Below, piece after piece: positions 7,521-17,347 of a DNA stretch of 39,704 bases (position 1 is its first letter; each line of letters begins with the position of its first letter). The notes beneath the pieces are model-generated. The model did not search any database and had not been told where the DNA came from. It saw only the letters and a list, made by a program, of their open reading frames with translations. The translations under genes and the position numbers were made by a program. Origin of the DNA: a bacterium (GTDB lineage Bacteria > Zhuqueibacterota > Zhuqueibacteria > Zhuqueibacterales > Zhuqueibacteraceae). The DNA lies in assembly GCA_044869275.1 (NCBI GenBank), contig JBIOXB010000052.1, positions 1 to 39,704 on the forward strand, read 5' to 3'.

Positions 7521-9744
7521 TTCCAGGCATTCGTTTTCCCCGCCCGCAAGCGAGGCGCAAAGCTATGTGCTGCGCGACTATTTTCACATGCTGCGGCGGC
7601 GAAAGTGGCTTTTGCTGAATTGTTTTCTCGGAACGCTGGTGCCGACGGTGTTGTGGTATAAGCTTTCGCCGCCGGTATATGAAGCGGTGGCGACCATCAT
7701 CTATGAAGAGCCGAAGGACACCATGATCGCGCTCGACCTGGGCCAGGCTTTTCAGAACAACAAGAGCGGATTGATAAATCTCGCGGAATTATTGAAGAGC
7801 AGGAGCCTGGCGGTCGAGGTTGCACGGACCTTGCCCAAGGAGGTCATCGGAACATTCGAGTTTCCCGACCCGGCCCCGCCGAATTTTTCGCCGGAGAGGC
7901 TCCTCGTTGCGAGTTTGCAGGGGAACCTGAACGTCACGCCGGTGCTGGGTTCTGACATTGTCAGAATCAACGTGCAAGCGCATGATCCCCTCGCGGCGCA
8001 AGTGATCGCGAACACGTACGTCGAACGCATCATCGATTTGAATCTGCGCAAGCAGCGGGCGGAAATCTCCAGCGTGCGCGAATTCGTCGAGAAACAACTC
8101 CTGATTTTTCAGGACAAGCTGAATGCCGCTGAGGTCGCTTTGCAGAAATTCAAAGAAGACAACAAAATGACCTCGCTCAGCGAGGCCTCGGCGGAAATGC
8201 TCAAACGGCTGACCTTGACCGAAGCCACGTACGATCAGACCAAGACCGAACGCGAGGCCATGGAGCAGCGTTACCGCTACCTGCAGCACAAGAAGCGGGA
8301 ATTGGCACCCTCGCTGACGATCGCCGGCAGCCCCGGAGCGCAACAGCGCAAGCAGCAGCTTTTAGACCTGGAGATGCAATACTCCGCGGGTCAAGTGACC
8401 GGTGGTGGGAGCAATGACAACGGGCAGCTTGCGCTCCGGCAGAAAATCGATCACGTCAAAGAAGAATTGGTGCAGGAGCTATTACAATCGGGCCAGCGTG
8501 AGGAATTGATCGATCCGCTTTCGCAAATCCGCGGCCTGGTGCAGGAAACGATTACGCTGGAGGTGGATCTGGCAACCTCCAAGGCCAGGGAACAAGCGCT
8601 CAAGAAAACGGTGGACGGCTATGAGCAGGAGCTGGCAAAGCTGCCCCATCAGGAGTTCGCGCTGGCGCGCTTGATTCGTGCGCGTGACGTGGATGAGAAA
8701 ATCTATTCCATGTTACGCCAGCGACACGAGGAAGTCGGCATTGCCGAGGCCGGGAAAATCGGGGATATTCATCTCATCGATGGTGCGATCAAGCCCTTGG
8801 CGCCGATCAAGCCCAATCGCAACAAGTTCCTGGCCAGCGGCTGCTTTCTCGGGCTGGCATTGGGCATCGGCTTGGCCTTGTTGTTGGAATCCCTGGACAA
8901 TACTCTAAAATCCCAAGACGATGTTGAAAAACATCTCGCGCTGACGGTGCTCGCCTCTATTCCGGGGATCCATCACCACCGCACGCTGCGGCTCCAAGGA
9001 AACCCGCACCCCGACAGCCGGTATGCTGCCAAGATGCTCTCGCAGGACAATTGGAATTCGCCTCTCTATGAAGCGTTTCGCATTCTGCAGATGAATTTCG
9101 CTTTTCTCAATGCCGATCGCGTGCTGCGAACTATTCTCATGACCAGCGCGGCTCCCGGTGAAGGTAAAACCTTGACTTCGATCAATCTCATGCAAACTTT
9201 CGCCAGAGCCGGAATCAAGACATTGCTCGTGGACTGCGACCTGCGCCGGCCGATGGTGCATCAGGTTTTGGGCATAAAAAGCGCGCCGGGATTGACCGAC
9301 GTGCTCATCAACAAATCGGAGGCGAAGCGGGCGATTTGCCGGCTGGACAGCGCCTATGCCTTCGCCTTGCCTTGCGGCACACTTCCACCCAATCCCTCTG
9401 AAATGCTGGACAGCTTGCGCATGCGAGAATTAATCGCCGAATTGAAGAGCGAATATCAACTCATTATTCTGGATTCTCCACCGCTGATTGCGGTGGCCGA
9501 CTCGATTATTCTCAGCACGGAAGTGGACGGCGTTTTTTTGATCATCCGCTCGGGCACGACCAGCAGGGACACAGCGCTGCGCGCGTTGCGATTGTTGGAA
9601 AAAAACCGCAAGAAGGTGATGGGCGCCATTTTGAACGCCGTCGATTTTAAGAAGACTTACGGTGATTACAAAAGCTACTATTACTACACCAATCACAAAA
9701 AAAATAAGAAAAAAACCAGCGCGCAAGAAAAAATGGCCGCATAG
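7498..9744 (+). CDS. wzc: Polysaccharide co-polymerase / BY-kinase (Wzc/GumC-CpsD fusion)
   Basis: Two TM segments flank a coiled-coil periplasmic region; EAFRILQMN, Walker A APGEGKT, VDCDLRRP, ILDSPP; C-terminal Tyr cluster YGDYKSYYYY. ATG 7498 preferred. Confidence 0.95.
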   Translation: MEPKREDNSRHSFSPPASEAQSYVLRDYFHMLRRRKWLLLNCFLGTLVPTVLWYKLSPPVYEAVATIIYEEPKDTMIALDLGQAFQNNKSGLINLAELLKSRSLAVEVARTLPKEVIGTFEFPDPAPPNFSPERLLVASLQGNLNVTPVLGSDIVRINVQAHDPLAAQVIANTYVERIIDLNLRKQRAEISSVREFVEKQLLIFQDKLNAAEVALQKFKEDNKMTSLSEASAEMLKRLTLTEATYDQTKTEREAMEQRYRYLQHKKRELAPSLTIAGSPGAQQRKQQLLDLEMQYSAGQVTGGGSNDNGQLALRQKIDHVKEELVQELLQSGQREELIDPLSQIRGLVQETITLEVDLATSKAREQALKKTVDGYEQELAKLPHQEFALARLIRARDVDEKIYSMLRQRHEEVGIAEAGKIGDIHLIDGAIKPLAPIKPNRNKFLASGCFLGLALGIGLALLLESLDNTLKSQDDVEKHLALTVLASIPGIHHHRTLRLQGNPHPDSRYAAKMLSQDNWNSPLYEAFRILQMNFAFLNADRVLRTILMTSAAPGEGKTLTSINLMQTFARAGIKTLLVDCDLRRPMVHQVLGIKSAPGLTDVLINKSEAKRAICRLDSAYAFALPCGTLPPNPSEMLDSLRMRELIAELKSEYQLIILDSPPLIAVADSIILSTEVDGVFLIIRSGTTSRDTALRALRLLEKNRKKVMGAILNAVDFKKTYGDYKSYYYYTNHKKNKKKTSAQEKMAA

Positions 9745-10195
9745 GCCTGCAGGGGCAAGCGAGATCCCAGAACATTTTGCGCAGTGGCCGTGGCGAGGAA
9801 ATGCGGGTCATTGCCAGATACTTTCCTCCCGCTCAGCGCGGTGACGCCGGCTTTTAAGAAGCACAATCGGACCCCGGGCTGGTGCGCTCAGGCTTATGGC
9901 AGGCTTGAGTGAGGCGCTTATGCTGCGAAAACACTTTGGGGGGACGTGTGAGTTCCCCCGCCACTCCTTCAAACCAAAGTGCAGAACAACGCCCGACCAG
10001 CCAATGCCGCTTGGACATTGGGACTGAGAAGGCGGAGCTATGAATAGCCTGGCGCGAATCTTATCGCCATGAGGCCGAATACTTCAGCTTGCCTTTCAGC
10101 TTCATCTCTTCCCCATGAGCCCGGCCAATCCACTTGCTTGGGTGATTCACTCTCAAATCAAGCTGCTCAACGTTCAACCTCTTAAGCGCACCACC

Positions 10196-11500
10196 ATGTT
10201 AGGAAAGATTCTGCACTCGCAACGCAGCGCCGCAGTGCGCGCTTTAGCGGGAGATGAGCCGCATAAGAACTTCTGCACACCCGAGCACTTCGGCCGGCAG
10301 CTCGCCCTGGAGAAGCGTCGCGCGGAGAGACTAAGCTCGCAATTTTCTATCGTGGTCTTATCGCGGCAGGGCCCCTTGTACAACCGGGCTGCGAGCAATG
10401 GCGCGAGCAAGGACGAGGTTCGTCATCTGGCAGGCATCATCTGCCAGACTTTGCGCGAAACGGATATCGTCAGCATGCGCGTAGACCATACCGTCACCAT
10501 CATCATGCCGGACACGGACCCGGCGGGGGCACAGTGCGCGTGCCAGCGCCTGCTGGGGAGACTTCTGCCGGCGGCGAACTCATCTGAACCTGCATTGTGC
10601 CAGGAGAGTTTCGCGATCGAGATATATTCTTATCCCGAAAGAACCGCACAAAGAAATTGGGAGAAAAATACCCATGAAAGCGCCGAAAGCAATGGCCGGC
10701 AGGCGGCCTCACTGCCGGAGAGCGTGCCATGGGTTCGTGTACACCGACAAATGATTGGACCTGGGATCCCTGCCGTGTGCCTGGCCAGCACCACAGTGGC
10801 GAAGCCAGCCAGGGCGGAACCTTTTCTGGGGAACCCGCAGAAATTGCAGGACTTTTCCGCGCTGGCGCAAAGCGTGTTGAAACGCACCATGGATATCGCC
10901 GGAGCGATTGCGGGGCTCGTGCTATTTTCTCCAGTCATGGCCGTGGTCGCGGTGCTGATCAAGATCACCTCGCCCGGCCCGGTTTTATTCCGGCAGAAGC
11001 GCCTCGGGCACAAAGGCCGGGAATTCGTTTTTCTGAAATTCCGCAGCATGCGAGAAGGCTGCGGCGACGACAGGCATCGTGATTATGTTCACAAGCTGAT
11101 CCTGGGCGAAACTGATAAGATCAACAATGGTTCGAAAGAAACTCCTTTGTACAAAATCACCGACGACCCTCGTGTCACACCGCTTGGCCGGTTTCTCAGA
11201 AGAACCAGCCTGGACGAGCTGCCACAATTGTGGAACGTATTGCGCGGCGAGATGAGTCTCGTTGGCCCGCGCCCGCCGATTCCGTACGAGATTGAGGCCT
11301 ATCAAGACTGGCATTTCCGCCGGCTTCTCGAAGTCAAACCCGGCATCACCGGCATGTGGCAGGTGATGGGGCGAAATCACACCACCTTCGACGAGATGGC
11401 CCGCCTCGACATTGGTTACGCGAAGAACTGGTCCATTCTGCTGGACCTTAAGATTCTCTTGAAAACCTTCAAAGTCCTCATTCAAGCAAACGGTTCATAG
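10196..11500 (+). CDS. Priming undecaprenyl-phosphate phosphoglycosyl transferase (Bac_transf) with N-terminal degenerate GGDEF-like domain
   Basis: C-terminal LKRTMDI...KFRSM...[38 protein letters not shown]...KPGITG. The N-terminus follows the GGDEF scaffold ([38 protein letters not shown]). The start could be ATG 10115 or 10196. Confidence 0.9.
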   Translation: MLGKILHSQRSAAVRALAGDEPHKNFCTPEHFGRQLALEKRRAERLSSQFSIVVLSRQGPLYNRAASNGASKDEVRHLAGIICQTLRETDIVSMRVDHTVTIIMPDTDPAGAQCACQRLLGRLLPAANSSEPALCQESFAIEIYSYPERTAQRNWEKNTHESAESNGRQAASLPESVPWVRVHRQMIGPGIPAVCLASTTVAKPARAEPFLGNPQKLQDFSALAQSVLKRTMDIAGAIAGLVLFSPVMAVVAVLIKITSPGPVLFRQKRLGHKGREFVFLKFRSMREGCGDDRHRDYVHKLILGETDKINNGSKETPLYKITDDPRVTPLGRFLRRTSLDELPQLWNVLRGEMSLVGPRPPIPYEIEAYQDWHFRRLLEVKPGITGMWQVMGRNHTTFDEMARLDIGYAKNWSILLDLKILLKTFKVLIQANGS

Positions 11501-11514
11501 GAAGAATAGCAGCA

Positions 11515-12579
11515 GTGGACAAACTGAACGTGGGTGTCGTCGGCAGCGGATATTGGGGGCCGAACTTGATTCGCAACTTCAGCCAGATTCCCGAATGCGC
11601 CATCAGGATTTGCTGTGATTTAGATGAACGCCGGCTGCAGTGTATCCGCACGTTGTATCCCGGCATTCAAACCTCCACACGACTTGAGCACTTGCTGGAA
11701 GACGGCACCCTCGATGCGGTGGCGATCGCCACGCCGGTGCGCACGCACGCGCAAATTGCCAAGCAATGTCTGGAGCACGGCAAGCACGTGCTGGTCGAAA
11801 AACCGCTGGCGGATTCGGCGCTTGATTGCCTGGAGCTGATTCAATTGGCTGAAAAACACCGCAAGGTGCTAATGGTCGGCCACACCTTCGAATTTGCCGC
11901 TGCCGTCAAGAAAGCCAGGGAGATTATTGCCAGCGGAGAGCTGGGGGAGGTTCATTATATCAGCTGCGTGCGCGTGAATTTGGGCCTGTTCCAGCCGGAC
12001 ATCAATGTGATCTGGGATTTGGCGCCGCACGACATTTCGATCATTCTCTACATGCTGCAAGAATATCCGGTCAGCGTCAGCGGGCAGGGCAAGGCGCATT
12101 TCCGGAAAGACATCGAAGACGTGGCCGTGACCACGCTCAATTTTCCCAGCGGCACAATTGCGTTCATTCACAATAGCTGGCTCGATCCCGACAAGATCCG
12201 GCGCATCACCGTCGTGGGCAGCAAGAAAATGCTGGTATATGACGATGTGAGTCCGAATGAAAAAATCAAAATCTACGACAAAGGCGTGGACACGCCGCCC
12301 TATTACAGCACCTTTGCAGAATTTCATTTTTCCTACCGCTACGGCGACATTTATTCGCCGCGCATTCCCGACTATGAGCCTTTACGCCGTGAATGCGAGC
12401 ATTTTTTGGAATGCATCCGCTCGCATCAAACGCCGCAATGCGACGGATACAGCGGCTTGCGCATCGTCACGATTCTCGAAGCGGCCAACAAATCCCTGCG
12501 CCATGGCGGCGGCCAGCAACAAATTCCGCGTGAGATTTTTTTCTCCCGCACTCCTGGCAACGGGTATTTCCACGGTTGA
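11515..12579 (+). CDS. Gfo/Idh/MocA oxidoreductase (nucleotide-sugar dehydrogenase, WbpB/WlbA-like)
   Basis: VGVVGSGYWGPN, IATP, HVLVEKP, MVGHTF, VIWDLAPHD. Confidence 0.9.
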   Translation: MDKLNVGVVGSGYWGPNLIRNFSQIPECAIRICCDLDERRLQCIRTLYPGIQTSTRLEHLLEDGTLDAVAIATPVRTHAQIAKQCLEHGKHVLVEKPLADSALDCLELIQLAEKHRKVLMVGHTFEFAAAVKKAREIIASGELGEVHYISCVRVNLGLFQPDINVIWDLAPHDISIILYMLQEYPVSVSGQGKAHFRKDIEDVAVTTLNFPSGTIAFIHNSWLDPDKIRRITVVGSKKMLVYDDVSPNEKIKIYDKGVDTPPYYSTFAEFHFSYRYGDIYSPRIPDYEPLRRECEHFLECIRSHQTPQCDGYSGLRIVTILEAANKSLRHGGGQQQIPREIFFSRTPGNGYFHG

Positions 12580-12613
12580 AGCCGGGCCAAGGCCAAATGC
12601 AAGTGTACAACGA

Positions 12614-13096
12614 ATGAAGAACTTCATGCCCTTTCCTCACATCGGCCCGGAGGTCAAGCTGGGAAAAGAAGTCCGGCTGCATGATTTCGTCAATCTCTAT
12701 GGTTGCGAGGTCGGGGACTACACCAAGGTGGGCGCATTCGTGGAAATTCAAAAAGGTGTGGTGATCGGCAAGCACTGCAAGATCTCCAGCCATACCTTCA
12801 TCTGTACCGGCGTCACCATCGAGGACGGTGTTTTTATCGGCCACAACGTGACCTTCATCAACGACGTGTATCCTCGCGCCACAAATCAGGAAGGCCGGCT
12901 GCAAACGGAAGCCGATTGGGTGCTCGTGCCCACCCGGGTGAAACGGGGCGCCTCCATCGGTTCGAGCGCCACTTTGTTGGGTGGGATCACGGTCGGTGAA
13001 AGTGCCATTATCGGCGCCGGCAGCGTGGTGACGAAAAACGTACCGGCCCATGTGATCGTGGCCGGAAATCCGGCTCGTGTTCTGAGAAAACTGTGA
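12614..13096 (+). CDS. Hexapeptide-repeat N-acetyltransferase (WbpD/WlbB/FdtC-like)
   Basis: FVNLYGCEVGD..KVGAFVEIQKG..CKISSHTFIC.GVTIED.VFIGHNVTFIND..PRAT; GAGSVVTKNVP..AGNPAR. The real start is ATG 12614 or 12626, not 12257. Confidence 0.9.
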   Translation: MKNFMPFPHIGPEVKLGKEVRLHDFVNLYGCEVGDYTKVGAFVEIQKGVVIGKHCKISSHTFICTGVTIEDGVFIGHNVTFINDVYPRATNQEGRLQTEADWVLVPTRVKRGASIGSSATLLGGITVGESAIIGAGSVVTKNVPAHVIVAGNPARVLRKL

Positions 13097-13151
13097 AGCT
13101 GCAAGCACCGGAAGCGAGTTCACATCTGCATCGAAACTGGGAGGCCCTCCT

Positions 13152-14381
13152 GTGCCCTTCTCACCCTTGACCGTTCTCACGATTTTGGGGACGCGGCCGG
13201 ACGTCATCAAGCTTTTCCCCGTCGTCCATCTGCTGCGCCAGAATCCCAGTTTCAAGAGCGTGGTCATTTCCACTTCACAGCATCGCGAGATGATCGATGA
13301 TTTGCTGCAATTGTTCTCACTGACGGTGGATCACGACCTGAACGTGATTCGTGCCCAGCACACACTCAACGATATTTCCGCGCGCGCGCTGATCGGTTTG
13401 GATCCGCTGCTGCGAGAATATCGTCCGGATTTGGTGTTGGTGCAGGGTGATACCACCACCGCAGCTATCGGCGCCCTGGCCTCTTTTTACAACAAAATCC
13501 CGGTGGGACATGTGGAGGCGGGATTGCGCTCTTTCGACAAGCAGCATCCCTATCCGGAGGAAATCAACCGGCGCATGATCTCGGCCATCGGCGATCTCCA
13601 TTTTGCGCCGACGCAACGGAACGCCAGGCATTTGCTCCGGGAGGGAATCGATCCTGCTTGCATTTTCGTGACGGGCAATACCGTGATCGATTCCTTGCAG
13701 TTTATCGCGCAACGCGGACGCCGGACGCTCGACCATTTGCTGCCAGCGCCGGCGCGCAATGCGCGCCGGCTCGTGCTGGTCACCGCGCACCGCCGCGAAA
13801 ATTGGGGCGTGCCGCTCGAAAATCTGTGCGGCGCCTTGCAAGATTTAGTGCGCGCCTTTGAGGATATCCAAATCGTTTATCCCGTGCATCTCAATCCCAA
13901 CGTGAGACGGACCGTCTTCAGCCTGCTGTCGAATTGCGAGCGCATTCACTTGCTCGATCCCCTGCCCTACGAGCCATTTGTGGAAGCTATGTTGCGTGCT
14001 TATCTGATCATCACCGATTCGGGCGGGATACAAGAAGAGGGTCCGTCCTTGCGCAAGCCGGTACTGGTTTTCCGTGAAGTCACGGAGCGGCCGGAAGGCG
14101 TCATCACGGGCGGCGTGAAGCTCGTGGGTCTGGAACGCAGCCGTTTGGTGCGCGAAGCCGCCACCCTTCTCGCTGACGTGTCAACATACCGGCAGATGAT
14201 TTCTTCGCACAATCCGTATGGCGATGGCCAGGCGGCGCGGCGCATTCTGCAAGCGATTCTGCATTACTTTAAGCGCGCCGATCGCCCCATTGCTTTTGTC
14301 GCTCACCCGCAGACAAAAAGAGAAAAGGCCTCATGGAACTCCCCAGCGATGCGAATCATACCGGAAGAAACCTTGGCATAG
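13152..14381 (+). CDS. wecB: Non-hydrolysing UDP-N-acetylglucosamine 2-epimerase
   Basis: GTRPDVIK, LVQGDTTT, HVEAGLRS, PEEINR, VTGNTVID, TAHRREN, ITDSGGIQEE, TERPEG, NPYGDG. Confidence 0.95.
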   Translation: MPFSPLTVLTILGTRPDVIKLFPVVHLLRQNPSFKSVVISTSQHREMIDDLLQLFSLTVDHDLNVIRAQHTLNDISARALIGLDPLLREYRPDLVLVQGDTTTAAIGALASFYNKIPVGHVEAGLRSFDKQHPYPEEINRRMISAIGDLHFAPTQRNARHLLREGIDPACIFVTGNTVIDSLQFIAQRGRRTLDHLLPAPARNARRLVLVTAHRRENWGVPLENLCGALQDLVRAFEDIQIVYPVHLNPNVRRTVFSLLSNCERIHLLDPLPYEPFVEAMLRAYLIITDSGGIQEEGPSLRKPVLVFREVTERPEGVITGGVKLVGLERSRLVREAATLLADVSTYRQMISSHNPYGDGQAARRILQAILHYFKRADRPIAFVAHPQTKREKASWNSPAMRIIPEETLA

Positions 14382-15541
14382 AAGAGCTGGAGCTGCTGCA
14401 AAAAGTGATTGCTTCCGGCACGCTGAATTGCCTCAAAGGCACGGCGGTGAAGGAGTTTGAAAGAAAGTTTGCAGCCAGATACGGCGTGGAGTTTTGCCGG
14501 AGCACCACTTCCGGAACGGCCAGCGTACACACCGCGCTCGCCGCCATCAACCCGGAACCGGGGGATGAGATCATTACTTCCCCCATTACGGATATGGGCG
14601 CGATTACGCCGATCATTTATCAAACTGCCATACCAATCTTTGCCGACGTTGATCCCAGGACGTACAATCTCACGGCAGAAACGATTGCTCCGCGGATCAC
14701 CCGGCGCACGCGTGCGATCATTGTCACCCATCTTTTCGGCAATCCCTGCGACATGGATGCCATCATGGCGCTGGCGCGCGAGCACGGACTGCCGGTGATC
14801 GAAGACGCGGCGCAAGCGTATCTCGCCGAGTACAAAGGCCGGTTACTGGGCACGATCGGCGACATCGGCTGCTTCAGCTTGCAGCAAGGCAAGCACATGA
14901 CTACGGGCGAAGGTGGAATCGTCATCAGCCGGCAGCGCAAATTCGCGCGGCGCATGTGGCTCTTTGTCGACAAGGCGTGGGGCTATGGCGATCCCAAGCC
15001 CGACCATTATTTTCTCGCCTTAAATTATCGCATGACCGAGCTGCAAGGCGCCGTGGCCTTGGCGCAATTGGAAAAGCTCGAAGACGTTGTCGCGAGGCGC
15101 AGGCGCCTGGCTAACCTCCTGACGGAACTGCTGGCGGATATTCCCGGTGTCCATCCTCCGGAGGTGACGCCCGGGGGCAAACATGTTTATTGGAAGTATG
15201 CCCTGCGCCTCGATGACGAGGTGGTCAACGGCGGTGTTGATCGTTTTGCCGCGGAGCTCAAGAAGAAGGGCATTTTCTGCGCGCCGCGTTACATCGAGAA
15301 GCCGGCATTCATGTGCCAAATCTTGCGGGAAAGAAATACCTTCGGCAACAGCCGCTTTCCCTTCGAGGGCGAGCATCGCAAGAACGATCTGAAAATCATC
15401 TACGATCCGAGAGAGTTTCCCGGCACGTTCGAGGCGCTGGCCCACGTCGTGGTGCTGCCGTGGAATGAGTTTTATACCACCACGCACGTGCATGACCTTG
15501 CCTCGTGTATTCGCGAAACCGCGCTCGTGCTGCAAAAGTAG
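14333..15541 (+). CDS. DegT/DnrJ/EryC1/StrS PLP-dependent sugar aminotransferase
   Basis: TSGTAS, PGDEII, PIFADVD, VTHLFGNPCDM, IEDAAQA, CFSLQQGKHMTTGEGG (PLP Lys), NYRMTELQGA. Confidence 0.95.
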   Translation: MELPSDANHTGRNLGIEELELLQKVIASGTLNCLKGTAVKEFERKFAARYGVEFCRSTTSGTASVHTALAAINPEPGDEIITSPITDMGAITPIIYQTAIPIFADVDPRTYNLTAETIAPRITRRTRAIIVTHLFGNPCDMDAIMALAREHGLPVIEDAAQAYLAEYKGRLLGTIGDIGCFSLQQGKHMTTGEGGIVISRQRKFARRMWLFVDKAWGYGDPKPDHYFLALNYRMTELQGAVALAQLEKLEDVVARRRRLANLLTELLADIPGVHPPEVTPGGKHVYWKYALRLDDEVVNGGVDRFAAELKKKGIFCAPRYIEKPAFMCQILRERNTFGNSRFPFEGEHRKNDLKIIYDPREFPGTFEALAHVVVLPWNEFYTTTHVHDLASCIRETALVLQK

Positions 15542-15626
15542 CAACAGGAATAGAAGAATATGCTTCCACAACTTTTTCCAAGACCGACAAGTAAGAACTT
15601 ATTCCATATCAAGCCGGGCAGCCAGG

Positions 15627-16625
15627 ATGCGCGATGAATCGCAGAACGGAGCATTGAATTTCGTGCTCGTCGGGTGCGGGCGCATCGCGCAAACGCATCT
15701 CCAAGCTTTGGCGACCGTGGCCGGCGTCCGTTTGCTGGGCGTGGCGGATGAACTCGAGAGCGCAGCCGGCAGCGTGTCGCAGCAATACGGCTGCAAAGCG
15801 TTTGCCGATTACCATGAAGCAGTGAACGGCAACCCTCCCGACGCCGCCATTATTTGCACGCCACCGGCCACGCATATGGAGATTGCCTGCTTCTTTCTTG
15901 AACACGGTATTCATGTGCTCAGCGAGAAACCGCTGGCGGTGCATGCTGAGCAGGCGGCCATCATGTTGCAGAAGGCGGAGGACAAAAACTGCGTGCTCAT
16001 GATGGCTTCCAAATTCCGCTATGTTGACGACGTCATCAAAGCCAAGGCCATCGTCGAGTCGGGCATTCTGGGAGACCTCGTGCTTTTTGAAAACGTCTTC
16101 TGCAGCAAAGTGGACATGCGCGGGCGATGGAATTCGACCCGAGCCGGCGGCGGCGGTGTCCTGATCGACAATGGCTGCCATTCGGTCGATATCGCCCGTT
16201 ATCTGCTCGGTCCGATCGTGAAAGTGCAGGCCGAGGAGGGCAAGCGCGTGCAGCAGCTCGAAGTGGAAGACACCGCTCGCCTTTATTTCAGAACTCAGGC
16301 TGATACCATGGGCGCCGTGGATCTGAGCTGGTCCATCCACAAAGAGCAGGAGTCTTACATTGATTTGTACGGCACTCACGGCGTGCTTTCCATCGGATGG
16401 AAGTGCTCGAAATACCGGCAAAGCGAGAAGCTCGATTGGGTGCACTATGGCCAAGGCTACAACAAGATCGCGGCTTTTGCCCGGCAGCTCCAGAATTTCG
16501 TGGGGGCGATCAAAGGACAGGAAGCGCCAATGATCACGGCCCAGGACGGATTCGAATCCGTCAAAGTCATCGAGGCCGCATACAAATCCGCGCGCATGAA
16601 TAAGTGGGTGCACGTGGATTCGTAA
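15627..16625 (+). CDS. Second Gfo/Idh/MocA oxidoreductase
   Basis: LVGCGRIA, ICTPPATH, HVLSEKP, GGGVLIDNGCHSVD. ATG 15627 preferred. Confidence 0.9.
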   Translation: MRDESQNGALNFVLVGCGRIAQTHLQALATVAGVRLLGVADELESAAGSVSQQYGCKAFADYHEAVNGNPPDAAIICTPPATHMEIACFFLEHGIHVLSEKPLAVHAEQAAIMLQKAEDKNCVLMMASKFRYVDDVIKAKAIVESGILGDLVLFENVFCSKVDMRGRWNSTRAGGGGVLIDNGCHSVDIARYLLGPIVKVQAEEGKRVQQLEVEDTARLYFRTQADTMGAVDLSWSIHKEQESYIDLYGTHGVLSIGWKCSKYRQSEKLDWVHYGQGYNKIAAFARQLQNFVGAIKGQEAPMITAQDGFESVKVIEAAYKSARMNKWVHVDS

Positions 16626-16662
16626 GCCAATCCGCGAACACAAGCGCACGGCAAGTTGAAAT

Positions 16663-17343
16663 ATGTCGATCTTCGAAAACTACACGCTGCTGGCGGGCCA
16701 GTTACGCGGCATTCATCCCACCGCTCGCATTCACTCCACCGCTCTCATCGAAGAAGACGTTGTTATTGGTGCCCGGACTGCGGTTTGGAACAATGTTCAT
16801 ATCCGGCATGACGCTCGCATTGGAGAAGAGTGCATTGTTGGTGAAAAAACATACATCGCTTACGGTGTAGACATCGGCCACCGGGTCAAGATCAATGCCT
16901 TCGTTTATATTTGCGCAGCGGTCACCATCGAGGATGGGGTTATGCTCAGCGCGGGCACGATCTTCACCAATGATCGCTTTCCCCGCGCCGCAACGCCGGA
17001 TTTGCGGCGGTTACGGCCCTCGCAGCCGGATGAACACACCAGGCCCACTTTGGTCAAGCAGGGTGCAACCATTGGCGCCGGTTGCGTGATCGGCAACGAT
17101 CTGGCGATCGGCCGCTTTGCCATGATCGGTATGGGCGCACTGGTGACGAAATCGGTGCCGGACTTTCATTTAGCCGCAGGCCATCCGGCAAAAAGCCTGG
17201 GCACGGTATGCCGCTGTGGACAGGTATTGGTGCGGTTCTCGCAGCAGAGGGCGAGTGCGGCGCACGAAGTCACATGTGGTGCTTGCGGATTGCAGTATGC
17301 GATCATGGATGGCCTCGTGACCGAAGTGGCGCCTCCCCAATAG
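16663..17343 (+). CDS. Hexapeptide-repeat N-acetyltransferase with C-terminal Cys-rich (possible Zn-ribbon) tail
   Basis: IHPTARIHSTALIE, IGEECIVGE, FTNDRFPRA, GATIGAG, GMGALVTKSVP, then CRCG...CGACG. Confidence 0.88.
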   Translation: MSIFENYTLLAGQLRGIHPTARIHSTALIEEDVVIGARTAVWNNVHIRHDARIGEECIVGEKTYIAYGVDIGHRVKINAFVYICAAVTIEDGVMLSAGTIFTNDRFPRAATPDLRRLRPSQPDEHTRPTLVKQGATIGAGCVIGNDLAIGRFAMIGMGALVTKSVPDFHLAAGHPAKSLGTVCRCGQVLVRFSQQRASAAHEVTCGACGLQYAIMDGLVTEVAPPQ

Positions 17344-17347
17344 CATT

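Noticed and set aside
10050..10068. TGGCGCGAATCTTATC as an internal sigma54 promoter before the priming transferase
   Set aside because: The -24 half is good but the -12 position reads AT instead of the required GC.
12257..12613. N-terminal extensions in the ORF track (also at 363, 6489, 15465, 22781 and 30789) as real fusions or frameshifts
   Set aside because: They mostly overlap intact upstream genes in another frame or lack family similarity, which starts only at the downstream start codons.
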